A stretch of DNA of 64,000 nucleotides from Candidatus Saccharimonadota bacterium (GTDB lineage: Bacteria; Patescibacteriota; Saccharimonadia; Saccharimonadales; Saccharimonadaceae). Every line of letters starts with the position of its first letter. The first letter of the stretch is position 1. Location of the stretch: the NCBI GenBank assembly GCA_030531645.1, contig JAUNNB010000002.1:8988-72987 (forward strand), written 5' to 3'. The notes beneath the pieces were generated by a model that saw only the letters and a program-made list of their open reading frames with translations, searched no databases and was not told the DNA's origin. The translations under genes were made by a program, and so were the position numbers. Of this stretch, positions 1 to 8,337 are shown piece after piece.

Positions 1-94
1 TGTCGTCGCCTAGACAATAATGTTCTCATCTCTTTTGGACTAAGCTGATCAATACGCTTAACCCACCCACCTTTGACAAGGAGCGGAATCGTGC

Positions 95-388
95 CTAAAA
101 TGGCATATCCTCAGTGGTCGCCCTATCGACATCATCTTCAGTTGGAATTACATCCTTTGATGCGGCTTCGGCTTTTGCTACTTGAATAGACACGCCGTCA
201 TCTTTAAAAATAGACACTATCTTCGGCTCAGATGTTGCAGTCGCATGAAGCTTGATGAACATCGATGATCCATGAGGGGAGGAGAGAAGAACGCCAACCT
301 CGTGATAGCGATTCTTCTCAACCCCGTCCTTTTTGTAAGTTCCGTTTTTAACTTTTAGTGTACCGATTTTACTAAACACTTCAGCCAT
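95..388 (-). CDS. Phage single-stranded DNA-binding-like protein
   Basis: 97 aa, beta-rich N-terminus and acidic tail ending EDMPF, typical of SSB C-termini; AAGGAGG RBS; downstream of the exonuclease/annealase genes. Confidence 0.55.
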   Translation of the reverse strand: MAEVFSKIGTLKVKNGTYKKDGVEKNRYHEVGVLLSSPHGSSMFIKLHATATSEPKIVSIFKDDGVSIQVAKAEAASKDVIPTEDDVDRATTEDMPF

Positions 389-412
389 TTTTACCTCCTT
401 TGAAGCACCTTA

Positions 413-496
413 TTATCGACGGTTGTCTTCGCCAACCTTCATTTCAAGTTGACGCTCATACCAATAGTTATACGCTCGAATTGTCTCTTCACTCAT
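413..496 (-). CDS. 27-aa phage microprotein MSEETIRAYNYWYERQLEMKVGEDNRR
   Basis: Not in the ORF track; ATG overlaps the end of the upstream ORF (AATGAGTGA), is preceded by AAGAGG, and the ORF fills the gap before the SSB-like gene. Confidence 0.45.
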   Translation of the reverse strand: MSEETIRAYNYWYERQLEMKVGEDNRR

Positions 497-692
497 TTGA
501 CCTCTTTTCCGCTTTTAACTGTGCAAGTATTGCCGCCGATTTCTCAGGCTCAAGCGCATTAACGATTTCCGCTGCATTGGCATCGATTCTAAGTTGTATA
601 CCATCGTAATCTAATCTGACCTGCGCAAATAGATAGTTGATAAGCACATCGTATTTGACTGACTTATCGATGATCTCTAGATTAATATCCAT
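489..692 (-). CDS. Hypothetical phage protein (67 aa)
   Basis: In the operon with RBS AAGGGAG; no recognisable motif. Confidence 0.65.
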   Translation of the reverse strand: MDINLEIIDKSVKYDVLINYLFAQVRLDYDGIQLRIDANAAEIVNALEPEKSAAILAQLKAEKRSNE

Positions 693-703
693 ATTCTCCC
701 TTC

Positions 704-1495
704 TTAAAAGCTTAGATTTTCGATTTGCTCTGCGAGATTGTTGATACGTTGCAAGGCTACTTTCTCGAAAGCTTTTGCTTCTATGAGTTTCGCATCGACG
801 TCTTCTCGTTTAATATCAAAAATTTGAAGTTCCAAACCCGGAATTACATCCGTGTAGACAATGAAATGTAAGACTTCCAAATCTTCGTTGACCATGAAAT
901 ACTTGAGGACTTGTGGCTCATATTCAGTAGGATAGTGATTTTCTGCATAGATCTTCACAATCTCAGCCGAGCCGAGGCATTTAACCTCGCAAGCTTCACG
1001 GACTTTGCCGTCTTCGCTAGTAATGCAGCCATCTGGCGACACATAGGCTGATTCATCGTAGTCTGAAACCCAAACTACAGATTCCTTATCGATTTTCTTG
1101 CCGGTCTTTTCTTCAAAGGCCGCTAGTGCTTCAGGCTCAAGGATGTGGCCTCGTGCCATCATGCTGAATGGCTCACCACCAAGCTGTTCAACATAATCGT
1201 TTGGAGTAATTGGTCTCGCAACTCGTTCCGCTACGATTTCGTAGAATCGCTTCTTTGGCTCGCCCTCAAGTTTTAGCTCAGCTAAGTCTTCCGGCTCAAG
1301 CATTCCAGCAAGCTCTTTGACCGTAAGTTTTTTATCCGCCGGTGGAAGTGGCTGAAATTCTTCAAGTTTTTCAACTACTTTGGCTTTGAGCGGTAAACCG
1401 GGAATCCACAAATCTTTAAATTCGGATCCGCCGGACTTACCCTTACGGAACTCTAGCCATTCTTCGCTATTTTGCTGGAGTTTTATTACTTTCAT
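704..1495 (-). CDS. YqaJ-like viral recombinase / lambda-exonuclease family
   Basis: Motifs QNSEEWLEFRKG, MARGHILEPEA, SPDG and EVKC match the YqaJ PD-(D/E)XK pattern. Confidence 0.85.
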   Translation of the reverse strand: MKVIKLQQNSEEWLEFRKGKSGGSEFKDLWIPGLPLKAKVVEKLEEFQPLPPADKKLTVKELAGMLEPEDLAELKLEGEPKKRFYEIVAERVARPITPNDYVEQLGGEPFSMMARGHILEPEALAAFEEKTGKKIDKESVVWVSDYDESAYVSPDGCITSEDGKVREACEVKCLGSAEIVKIYAENHYPTEYEPQVLKYFMVNEDLEVLHFIVYTDVIPGLELQIFDIKREDVDAKLIEAKAFEKVALQRINNLAEQIENLSF

Positions 1496-2081
1496 TTAAC
1501 TCTTCCTTTCTTATATCTTTAGCAACGATAATATCTTTATCGAAACGCATTTCCTTGGACATGTTTTGCCAGACTTTTAATAAAGCTTCCATGCTCTTCG
1601 CTTCAGCTATGTCTTTTAGGATAGCTGCTTTTTCCGCCTCAGCTTTCTCTTTCTTAAAATCTTCAAATTCTTCCATTTCCTCAGAAGTTGCTACCTCACC
1701 AGATGTTGCATAACCAAGCATTGCGAGCGCACGTCCAATAGCTATCGTCTCATTTTTCTCGAAGCCTTTTTCACCTTTAACCTTGGCCGAATACATCAAA
1801 GAGCTCGCTTCTGCATCAGCAGAGTCGAGAGCATCTTTTGAGCTAACGCCAGATTTCAGTAAGTCGTAAAAGTCGGTTTTGTCTCTCCAAACATACGCAT
1901 GATGGATGAGGTCGCCATTTTCACTTACAGAGTACTTAACTGCAATCTTTGAATGAGGGTTTTTCGCACGAAACTCGTTTAAACGATCTGCAACTTTTGC
2001 GTAATCGATTTCTACTGATTTTTTCTCACCAGTTCTCTTATCCGTGTACTCTTTCTTTATCTTCGAAGTTTTAACCTGCAT
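1467..2081 (-). CDS. Putative phage single-strand annealing protein (Rad52/Sak-like)
   Basis: DYAKVADRLNEF and ETIAIGRALAMLG motifs; immediately upstream of the YqaJ exonuclease, as in Red-like modules. Confidence 0.6.
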   Translation of the reverse strand: MQVKTSKIKKEYTDKRTGEKKSVEIDYAKVADRLNEFRAKNPHSKIAVKYSVSENGDLIHHAYVWRDKTDFYDLLKSGVSSKDALDSADAEASSLMYSAKVKGEKGFEKNETIAIGRALAMLGYATSGEVATSEEMEEFEDFKKEKAEAEKAAILKDIAEAKSMEALLKVWQNMSKEMRFDKDIIVAKDIRKEELNESNKTPAK

Positions 2082-2466
2082 AAGCCATCCTCGCTGTTAA
2101 ATCCGCTTCCTTCAGCTTCGAATAACTATTCTCAGCGTCATCCAAAGCCTTACTGATTCGACGATACTTTTTTGCGCATTTTATGACACTTCTGAAATCT
2201 TCGTAACTGAATTCGGTTAGTTGATTCAGCAACTCATTATTATCAGAATTGAACTCGATTTTTGTGGTTGAGTCTTCCGAAGTTAGTCTCTTTAAATAAA
2301 GATTTGCCCTGTGGTATTTGCGAGCAACTTTGACAACACCTCTGAAGCCATCGTCGCTCATATTTATGAGTTTGTCCGCCACTTCTGCGAGTTTCGCAAC
2401 GTGAACGATTTTGACATTAACGGAGCGATCTACGCTTATCACCTCGCTAACGGTAACTTTTGTCAT
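2071..2466 (-). CDS. Hypothetical phage protein (131 aa)
   Basis: First gene of the module, RBS AAAGGA, overlaps the next ORF. Confidence 0.7.
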   Translation of the reverse strand: MTKVTVSEVISVDRSVNVKIVHVAKLAEVADKLINMSDDGFRGVVKVARKYHRANLYLKRLTSEDSTTKIEFNSDNNELLNQLTEFSYEDFRSVIKCAKKYRRISKALDDAENSYSKLKEADLTARMAYAG

Positions 2467-2649
2467 TTTATTCCTTTCACTTCCACTTGACTGGCTCTCA
2501 ACATCCAGTCAAGCTTCGGTAAGATTAAATTGATATTGTGAAGCCTTGACCCTTGTTGCCGACCACTTTAATCGTTGTGCGTCGTGCTGAACAGAGGGCT
2601 TTCGCCTTCTCAGAGATGATAAATTAATTGGCTAGTTATCACCTCAGTC

Positions 2650-2714
2650 AAAGAAAAAAGCCGGCTTTAAACCGGCAAAACAAAACATCCCCCAGAGTAA
2701 TTCCGAAGGATGTT
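2650..2714 (-). terminator. Two tandem intrinsic terminators downstream of tRNA-Lys
   Basis: AACATCC/GGATGTT stem plus T-tract (2677-2714) and GCCGG/CCGGC stem plus TTTTTT (2650-2676) on the minus strand. Confidence 0.7.
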
Positions 2715-2727
2715 GAATATTCTTAAT

Positions 2728-2804
2728 TGGTGAGTCGGGTGGGGTTCGAACCCACGACACCAGGCTTAAGAGGCCCGTGCTCTGACCAACTGAGCTACCG
2801 ACCC
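2728..2804 (-). tRNA. tRNA-Lys(CTT)
   Basis: Full cloverleaf: acceptor GGGTCGG/CCGACTC, anticodon arm CGGGC-CTCTTAA-GCCTG, T-loop TTCGAAC, encoded CCA. Confidence 0.95.
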
Positions 2805-2831
2805 AAATTGTAAAATACAGGGGTGAGCAAT

Positions 2832-2874
2832 TATCTTAATAGGTAAGTGCTCTAACCAGCTGAGCTACCGGCCC
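2832..2874 (-). pseudogene. Truncated tRNA 5' half (candidate att junction)
   Basis: GGGCCGG-TA-GCTC-AGCTGGTTA-GAGC-A-CTTAC-CTATTAA: acceptor 5' strand, D arm and anticodon loop are present; no T arm or acceptor 3' strand follows. Confidence 0.75.
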
Positions 2875-2886
2875 TCACCTCGAATT

Positions 2887-2915
2887 ATTATATCACGCTC
2901 AGCTGGATTTTTCAA
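2887..2915 (-). promoter_or_regulatory. Sigma70 promoter for the tRNA half and tRNA-Lys
   Basis: TTGAAA-17 bp-TATAAT with extended TG. Confidence 0.75.
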
Positions 2916-2920
2916 GCGTT

Positions 2921-3841
2921 TTAAGTCCACAAACCGCGTTTCTTAGCGCCTTGGAACTCTTTTAGGAGTTCTTTTTGTTTCTTGGACATATTTGTAGGGG
3001 TATCGACTGTGACGGTTACGATATGTGGGCCGCGATCGCCATCGGTGCGCATAACCATACCATGGCCAGAGAGCTTGAATGGAGTACCGCTCTGGGTTCC
3101 GGCTGGGATCTTCATAGTCACAATACCATCGATAGTCTCAACATCAACTTCACAACCAAGGGCTGCATCTACCATTGGCACATGGATTTCGGAAAGGATA
3201 ATGAATCCTTCACGACTGAGAGTCTTGTGTGGTTTGACACGAACTTGAACATAAAGGTCACCCTTGGTGCCGCCTTTTTCAGGTGGTTCCCCACCGTAGC
3301 CGGTTAAGCGAATGGCTGCACCATCTTGAATGCTGGCAGGAATCTTAACCTTGATATCGCGACCAGAAACAGAAACGCTCTTAGTAGTACCGAAAACGGA
3401 CTCTTCGAATGTAATTGTGACTGAGGTTTGAAGATCTTGGCCACGATTGGCACGACGACGTCTGGCGCCACCGCCGAATCCGAAGAGGTCGCCTAGAATA
3501 TCATTCAAATCTACGCCACCGCCACCAAAATCGAAATGGACATTTTGGCCGTTGTAGCTATATGAACCACCGAATGGATTGCCACCACCAAATGGGTTAC
3601 CACGGTCGTCGGCACCGACGCCAGCAAAACCGAATTGGTCATAGCGAGCACGCTTTTGTTTGTCGGATAAGACTTCGTGAGCTTCGGTGGCTTCCTTAAA
3701 CTTGGCTTCAGCTTCTTTATCACCTGGATTGCGATCTGGGTGGTATTTCATAGCTAGCTTGCGGTAAGCCTTCTTAATCTCGTCATCACTAGCGCCCTTG
3801 CTGACGCCTAGGACTTCGTAATAATCTTTTTTACTTGCCAT
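2921..3841 (-). CDS. dnaJ: DnaJ-class co-chaperone (type II, no zinc finger)
   Basis: J-domain with HPD, G/F-rich linker, C-terminal domain; no CxxCxGxG repeats. Confidence 0.9.
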   Translation of the reverse strand: MASKKDYYEVLGVSKGASDDEIKKAYRKLAMKYHPDRNPGDKEAEAKFKEATEAHEVLSDKQKRARYDQFGFAGVGADDRGNPFGGGNPFGGSYSYNGQNVHFDFGGGGVDLNDILGDLFGFGGGARRRRANRGQDLQTSVTITFEESVFGTTKSVSVSGRDIKVKIPASIQDGAAIRLTGYGGEPPEKGGTKGDLYVQVRVKPHKTLSREGFIILSEIHVPMVDAALGCEVDVETIDGIVTMKIPAGTQSGTPFKLSGHGMVMRTDGDRGPHIVTVTVDTPTNMSKKQKELLKEFQGAKKRGLWT

Positions 3842-4632
3842 TATTTAGCCTCCGTTTTGCGGTGAGAATGAGGTGGTTGCTTGAGGAATTTGAGGATTTC
3901 GTCGGCAACTTTGTCTGGACATTCATAATTAATGAGGTGGCCGGCATTCTTGATAAAGATGCATTCGGCATCGAATTTCTCGGCAAGTTTCAGGGTTGCT
4001 TTCTTGGATACGATGCGGTCTTTTTCACCAGCGATAAATGCAGTGTCTTTCTTGAAATTGAAGTCGGCAACGCTATATTTGCTGGAGAATTTGGCGGCGG
4101 AGCGCAAATCCTTTTTATTCCTAGTTTGCAAGGCGCAGACATTGACGACATTGATAATCTCTTTTTTGTTCACACTCTTGCGGTCGATGAGGAGATACTC
4201 GGTAGTGATGGTACTAATTATTTTAGGTGGGAGAATGTGTACGAGGGGAGATAAATTAGAGATAACCTTTGGTGGATTGTTGGAAATTGGGGACATCAAG
4301 ATAAGTTTATCTGCAATGAGATTTGGGTATTTTTCGGCGGTAGCTGCAGCGATGATAGAACCCATAGAATGACCAATAATAACTGGACGCTCGATGTGGT
4401 TTTTGCGGATATAATCGGCGAGCCAGTCGGCATAGCCATCCTTGGTGAAGAACTCTGGCGGGAGGGTTTCGTCGGTGAAACCGTCGCCGTCGATATCGAT
4501 GGCAGGTGGAATGCTAGGGGTATAAACCTCGTAGTCTTCGAGTTTTAGCTTGGTGGCAATATCTTTGACACCAAGACTATTCCCACGAAAACCGTGCATT
4601 AAAATTAACGGAGCTTTTTTAGGCATTTTCAA
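3841..4632 (-). CDS. Alpha/beta-fold hydrolase
   Basis: HGF oxyanion motif, GHSMG nucleophile elbow, GEKD and GH catalytic residues. Confidence 0.85.
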   Translation of the reverse strand: MKMPKKAPLILMHGFRGNSLGVKDIATKLKLEDYEVYTPSIPPAIDIDGDGFTDETLPPEFFTKDGYADWLADYIRKNHIERPVIIGHSMGSIIAAATAEKYPNLIADKLILMSPISNNPPKVISNLSPLVHILPPKIISTITTEYLLIDRKSVNKKEIINVVNVCALQTRNKKDLRSAAKFSSKYSVADFNFKKDTAFIAGEKDRIVSKKATLKLAEKFDAECIFIKNAGHLINYECPDKVADEILKFLKQPPHSHRKTEAK

Positions 4633-4846
4633 CCTCCTTCAAAGCTTTCTTGATGGCTGGGCGATCGAAGCCGAGGATCTCGGCGATAGTGTTGCCTTTT
4701 TTATCTGTAATTACGGTGAATGGAACGGAAGTGATTCCCTCGCCTTCGGAGGCATCAAGTTCTTTATATTTAATTCCCTCATCATCGAGCCACTCCATGA
4801 GAGCGTGGCAATAAATACAGGTTTCGGTAGTGTAAACTTTAATCAT
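4619..4846 (-). CDS. Glutaredoxin/NrdH-like protein
   Basis: CIYC active site, SVP cis-Pro motif, GFD motif; 75 aa. Confidence 0.85.
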   Translation of the reverse strand: MIKVYTTETCIYCHALMEWLDDEGIKYKELDASEGEGITSVPFTVITDKKGNTIAEILGFDRPAIKKALKEVENA

Positions 4847-5486
4847 TTAGACCTCCTAATGAGATTGGATGGTTGGTGGCGAATTCAAATAGTGCATCAA
4901 TGACATTGGCGTAGACTTCGTCGCGGGTAGCGTTGGCATCTACGTTGGCGAGCAAGTTTAACTCTTCGTAATGTTTCAAAACTGGGAGAGTTTTTTCGTT
5001 GAATTCATTGATGCGGCGCTCGAAAATTTCAGGCGACATGTCGTCGGCGCGGCGTCCGCGATCGTTGAGGCGTTGAGCAGCTTGCCAGCGATTGCGCACT
5101 ACAACTTCTGGAACTTCAAGATTAACGACGGCACGAATAGGGTGGTTTCCGGCGTTGGCAAATTTCATAACTTCGTTTTCTTCACCAGACCAACGACCGA
5201 TGCTGGAAAGGACTAGAGGTTTTTCAGACAGGTTTGGATGGCTGAAATAAGGTAGGACGACCTGATAGAATGTGTCGGTTGGAGCCAGGCTACCATCGCT
5301 AGTTAAATCGACATTGTTTTCACTTTCGTAACGGCGGATGATGTCGCCGGAAGAAAGGAATTCACCTTCGAGGTCGGTAGCGAGACGGATACCAATGGTA
5401 TCTTTGCCACTCATTGGCAAACCAAAGATATTAATGGACCCAGAGCGGAGCCAGATTTTTAGAAAATCGATTTTGTCATACATCAT
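4839..5486 (-). CDS. adk: Adenylate/NMP kinase (short LID)
   Basis: P-loop GLPMSGKDT, LSSGDIIR, RGRRADD and RINEFNEKTLPV motifs. Confidence 0.8.
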   Translation of the reverse strand: MMYDKIDFLKIWLRSGSINIFGLPMSGKDTIGIRLATDLEGEFLSSGDIIRRYESENNVDLTSDGSLAPTDTFYQVVLPYFSHPNLSEKPLVLSSIGRWSGEENEVMKFANAGNHPIRAVVNLEVPEVVVRNRWQAAQRLNDRGRRADDMSPEIFERRINEFNEKTLPVLKHYEELNLLANVDANATRDEVYANVIDALFEFATNHPISLGGLND

Positions 5487-5956
5487 TAGTTTGTTTCCTC
5501 CTTAGGAGCCTCTGGGGCTGATATCTTTTTTACTTTGACCATAGCTGGACGAATCACATTGCCATCGTAGAGATAGCCTGGGCGAAGTTCTTCGGCGATA
5601 ACTTCTGTGTCGCCGTCGCTATCGTCCATAGAGATAGCATCATGGAAGTCTGGGTTGAACGGTGTTTCGGGAGCGGAATTAATCTTTTCAATTTTTAGAT
5701 CGCTCATGGTCTTTTCAAGGGTTTTCTCAACTGGTGCGAGTTCTGGGTTGGCGGAGAACGCGCGGAACATGTCGTCAATGAGCGGGAGAATCTTCAGGAT
5801 GGTGGATTCGGCGCCGGCTTGGCGAGCTTGTTCGCGCTGAATTTCGGATTGTTTTTGGTGATTAGCGAAATCTGCTAAGGCACGCTGATATTTTTCTTGG
5901 AGTTCTCCAAGTTGCTGTTCATAATTTTGCTGAACTTTTTCTTCTGCTTTTTTCAT
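5486..5956 (-). CDS. grpE: Nucleotide exchange factor GrpE
   Basis: YQRALADFAN, FNPDFHDA and GYLYDGNVIRPAMVKV motifs; follows hrcA. Confidence 0.92.
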   Translation of the reverse strand: MKKAEEKVQQNYEQQLGELQEKYQRALADFANHQKQSEIQREQARQAGAESTILKILPLIDDMFRAFSANPELAPVEKTLEKTMSDLKIEKINSAPETPFNPDFHDAISMDDSDGDTEVIAEELRPGYLYDGNVIRPAMVKVKKISAPEAPKEETN

Positions 5957-6720
5957 AGTGTTTCCTCCAATAATAATCCTGCTCTGCGAACAAGGCTACA
6001 TACTAATTGATAATTTTGACGGGTCGGGCCGAGCACGCCGATGTATGACGAATCAGACAAAGGTGAACGGAATTTGCTGATAATCAGACTGACGCCGGAA
6101 GTTTTGCCGATTGGGTTTTCCTCGCCGATGAAGATGTTGAGCGGCTCACCTGGGCGGGCTTCACGGAGCCAAGGTTCGAGATTATCTAGTAATTTGGCGA
6201 CGGAGCGGATGCGGCTGTTGTCCATAAACTCAGGTTGTGAGAAAAGGCGAGACATACCGGAAAGATAGAGTTGGTCGCCGATGGTGGCGAGGCCTAAATT
6301 ACCGGTTAGGTCGACGAGAGCATCGGTAGCCATACGGATGGCGTGATCGATGCGAGTTTGAGAATGGATGCGAACTTCGAGGGCGTGAATGCCACGGTCG
6401 GCTGGAGCTTCTAAGAGATATTTGGCATCTTTGAAACGATCGCTTGGGGCGGTTTTGGAAGCGGCTTCGGCGGTTTCGGTGAGGGTGTTTACATAATAAC
6501 GGTAACCGGCATCGGTTGGAATACGACCAGCGGAAGTATGTGGCTGGGCGATGAGGCCAAACTTTTCAAGATGGGCCATTTCCGCACGAATAGTGGCGCT
6601 AGATACGTCAAAAAGGCGAGCCAAGGTGACGCTCCCAACAGGGGCGGCGACTTCAGCATATTGTTCAATGATGGCAAAAAGAATATCTTTTTGGCGTTCG
6701 GTCAATTTTGATGTATCCAT
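5953..6720 (-). CDS. hrcA: Heat-inducible repressor HrcA
   Basis: LTERQKDIL, SSATIRAEM, QPHTSAGRIPTDAGYRYYV and GVLGPTRQNY motifs. Confidence 0.95.
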   Translation of the reverse strand: MDTSKLTERQKDILFAIIEQYAEVAAPVGSVTLARLFDVSSATIRAEMAHLEKFGLIAQPHTSAGRIPTDAGYRYYVNTLTETAEAASKTAPSDRFKDAKYLLEAPADRGIHALEVRIHSQTRIDHAIRMATDALVDLTGNLGLATIGDQLYLSGMSRLFSQPEFMDNSRIRSVAKLLDNLEPWLREARPGEPLNIFIGEENPIGKTSGVSLIISKFRSPLSDSSYIGVLGPTRQNYQLVCSLVRRAGLLLEETL

Positions 6721-6746
6721 AATGCTCCCTTTCTTATATTTTAGTC

Positions 6747-7349
6747 CTAACGCTTATTCTCGGCAATAACTTCGTCCACAATTCCGTATTTTTTAGCTTC
6801 TTCGGCGCTCATCCAGTTGTCGCGGTCCATGTCTTTCTCGACCTGAGCAAGCGATTTACCGGTGTTCTTGGCAAAAATTTCAGCAAGGCGTTTCTTGAGG
6901 AAGATGCCCTCCTTCAATGCAATTTCCTGGTCGGTAATTTTGCCTTCGGTGCCAGAAGATGGCTGATGAATCATAATGCGAGAGTTTGGCAAGACAAAGC
7001 GTTTACCTTTGGCACCGGATGAGAGAAGCATCGCACCCATAGAGGCCTGGAGGCCAATACCGATGGTCTGGACATCTGGGCTAATGAAGTTCATGGTGTC
7101 GATGATAGCGAGACCATCATAAACGGAACCGCCAGGTGAGTTGATGTAGAGCTTAATATCTTTCTTTGGATCGGCGTGGGCGAGGAAGAGAAGCTGGGCA
7201 ACCACGAGGTTGGCGGTGTGAGAATTTACATCTTCGCCGAGGAAGATAATGCGATCTTCGAGGAGGCGAGAGTAAATATCATAGCTTCTTTCGCCACGGC
7301 CAGTGTCTTCAATAACGGTTGGGACTAGGTAGTTTTTTGAATTTTTCAT
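6747..7349 (-). CDS. clpP: Clp protease proteolytic subunit
   Basis: [26 protein letters not shown] (catalytic Ser), MIHQP and DRDNWM motifs. Confidence 0.97.
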   Translation of the reverse strand: MKNSKNYLVPTVIEDTGRGERSYDIYSRLLEDRIIFLGEDVNSHTANLVVAQLLFLAHADPKKDIKLYINSPGGSVYDGLAIIDTMNFISPDVQTIGIGLQASMGAMLLSSGAKGKRFVLPNSRIMIHQPSSGTEGKITDQEIALKEGIFLKKRLAEIFAKNTGKSLAQVEKDMDRDNWMSAEEAKKYGIVDEVIAENKR

Positions 7350-8335
7350 TAGTTTCCTTTCTTTAGATTAGTTGCTTCTGGAACAGCGGTGGAATCGATG
7401 TGGTCGGAGATTTCCTTCTGTTTCACGGCATATTCGTTGTATTCGTTGATTAACTCATTTAGCTCGTCGATTTTGGCGCTGAGGTTTTTGTAATACTCGT
7501 TGAATTTATCGATTTCGGTCTGGAGCTCGTTACGCTTAGCGATGTAAGTGGCCATATCGATTTCTTCGACGGAAGTATTGAACTCTATAATCTTGTTATT
7601 GAGTTCTTCACCCCAGTTGTGATAGAAGGTGGTCTCTGACTCAACTTCTTCGGATTTGGCGTTGATTTCTTCTTCGAGCTTCTTGAGGCGTTTTTCAATG
7701 CCACGATATTTGTCGCTATAGGAATTGAATAAGTCAACGATATGGTCTTGGTTTTTGAAATACTTGGCGTAATGGTTTTCTAGGTTTTCTGGGAGATCTT
7801 TGATTTCGGTGCCAAGGCGAGAGTGGAGCTCATCGTAGAATTCATCTGAGCCGTAGAGTTCCATAGTCTCACGGAGCTGGGCATCCTCTGGGAGTTTGTT
7901 ATAGAATTCAGCGAGCTCGGTGGTGATGGAGTTTTTCTCCCAGAATTTGAGATGGGTCCAAATAGCGTGGAGAAGTTCGTGGGCGGTAGTAGACTCAACG
8001 ATGCCTGGTAAGTCGGTGGTGGTGATGTTGTAAAGATGAATGCTACCGGAGCGAGGTTCATAACAACCGAGCACATAGGCGGAAGCATCGCTGGCGGTAC
8101 AATGGCTGTTGAACTCTTCGTTATCTTCGAGTTTTGGAGCAGAGGCTTTCAAGATGCGAGTGCCGGTATCGGTGAGCTCGAGTTTGTCCATAAGGCTAGA
8201 AACTTCTTCGGTCGGGGTGAAGCTGTTTGCTTTGAAATAATCTGGCCCATCAAAGAGGAAGAACAAAGATACCGCACAAACTTGAACTAGGATTATCCAA
8301 GCGAAAACTCTAAAGATTTTAGGATTTTTTACCAC
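7349..8335 (-). CDS. Membrane-anchored protein with HEXXH zincin-like motif and C-terminal coiled coil
   Basis: N-terminal TM segment, AHELLH motif, downstream ELH, heptad-rich tail; coupled to clpC and clpP. Confidence 0.7.
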   Translation of the reverse strand: MVKNPKIFRVFAWIILVQVCAVSLFFLFDGPDYFKANSFTPTEEVSSLMDKLELTDTGTRILKASAPKLEDNEEFNSHCTASDASAYVLGCYEPRSGSIHLYNITTTDLPGIVESTTAHELLHAIWTHLKFWEKNSITTELAEFYNKLPEDAQLRETMELYGSDEFYDELHSRLGTEIKDLPENLENHYAKYFKNQDHIVDLFNSYSDKYRGIEKRLKKLEEEINAKSEEVESETTFYHNWGEELNNKIIEFNTSVEEIDMATYIAKRNELQTEIDKFNEYYKNLSAKIDELNELINEYNEYAVKQKEISDHIDSTAVPEATNLKKGN

Positions 8336-8337
8336 GA

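Larger units (their letters stand above)
1..2832 (-). mobile_element. End of a probable prophage (early recombination module) integrated at a tRNA gene; continues beyond the left edge
   Basis: Co-oriented, tightly coupled phage-type genes (YqaJ exonuclease, annealing protein, SSB-like) run up to a tRNA-Lys and a truncated tRNA half; housekeeping genes resume at 2921. No integrase in the window. Confidence 0.7.

Noticed and set aside
1-2466. Stop-codon recoding in host or prophage
   Set aside because: Conserved genes are full length under code 11, and TAA, TAG and TGA all end ORFs at sensible positions.
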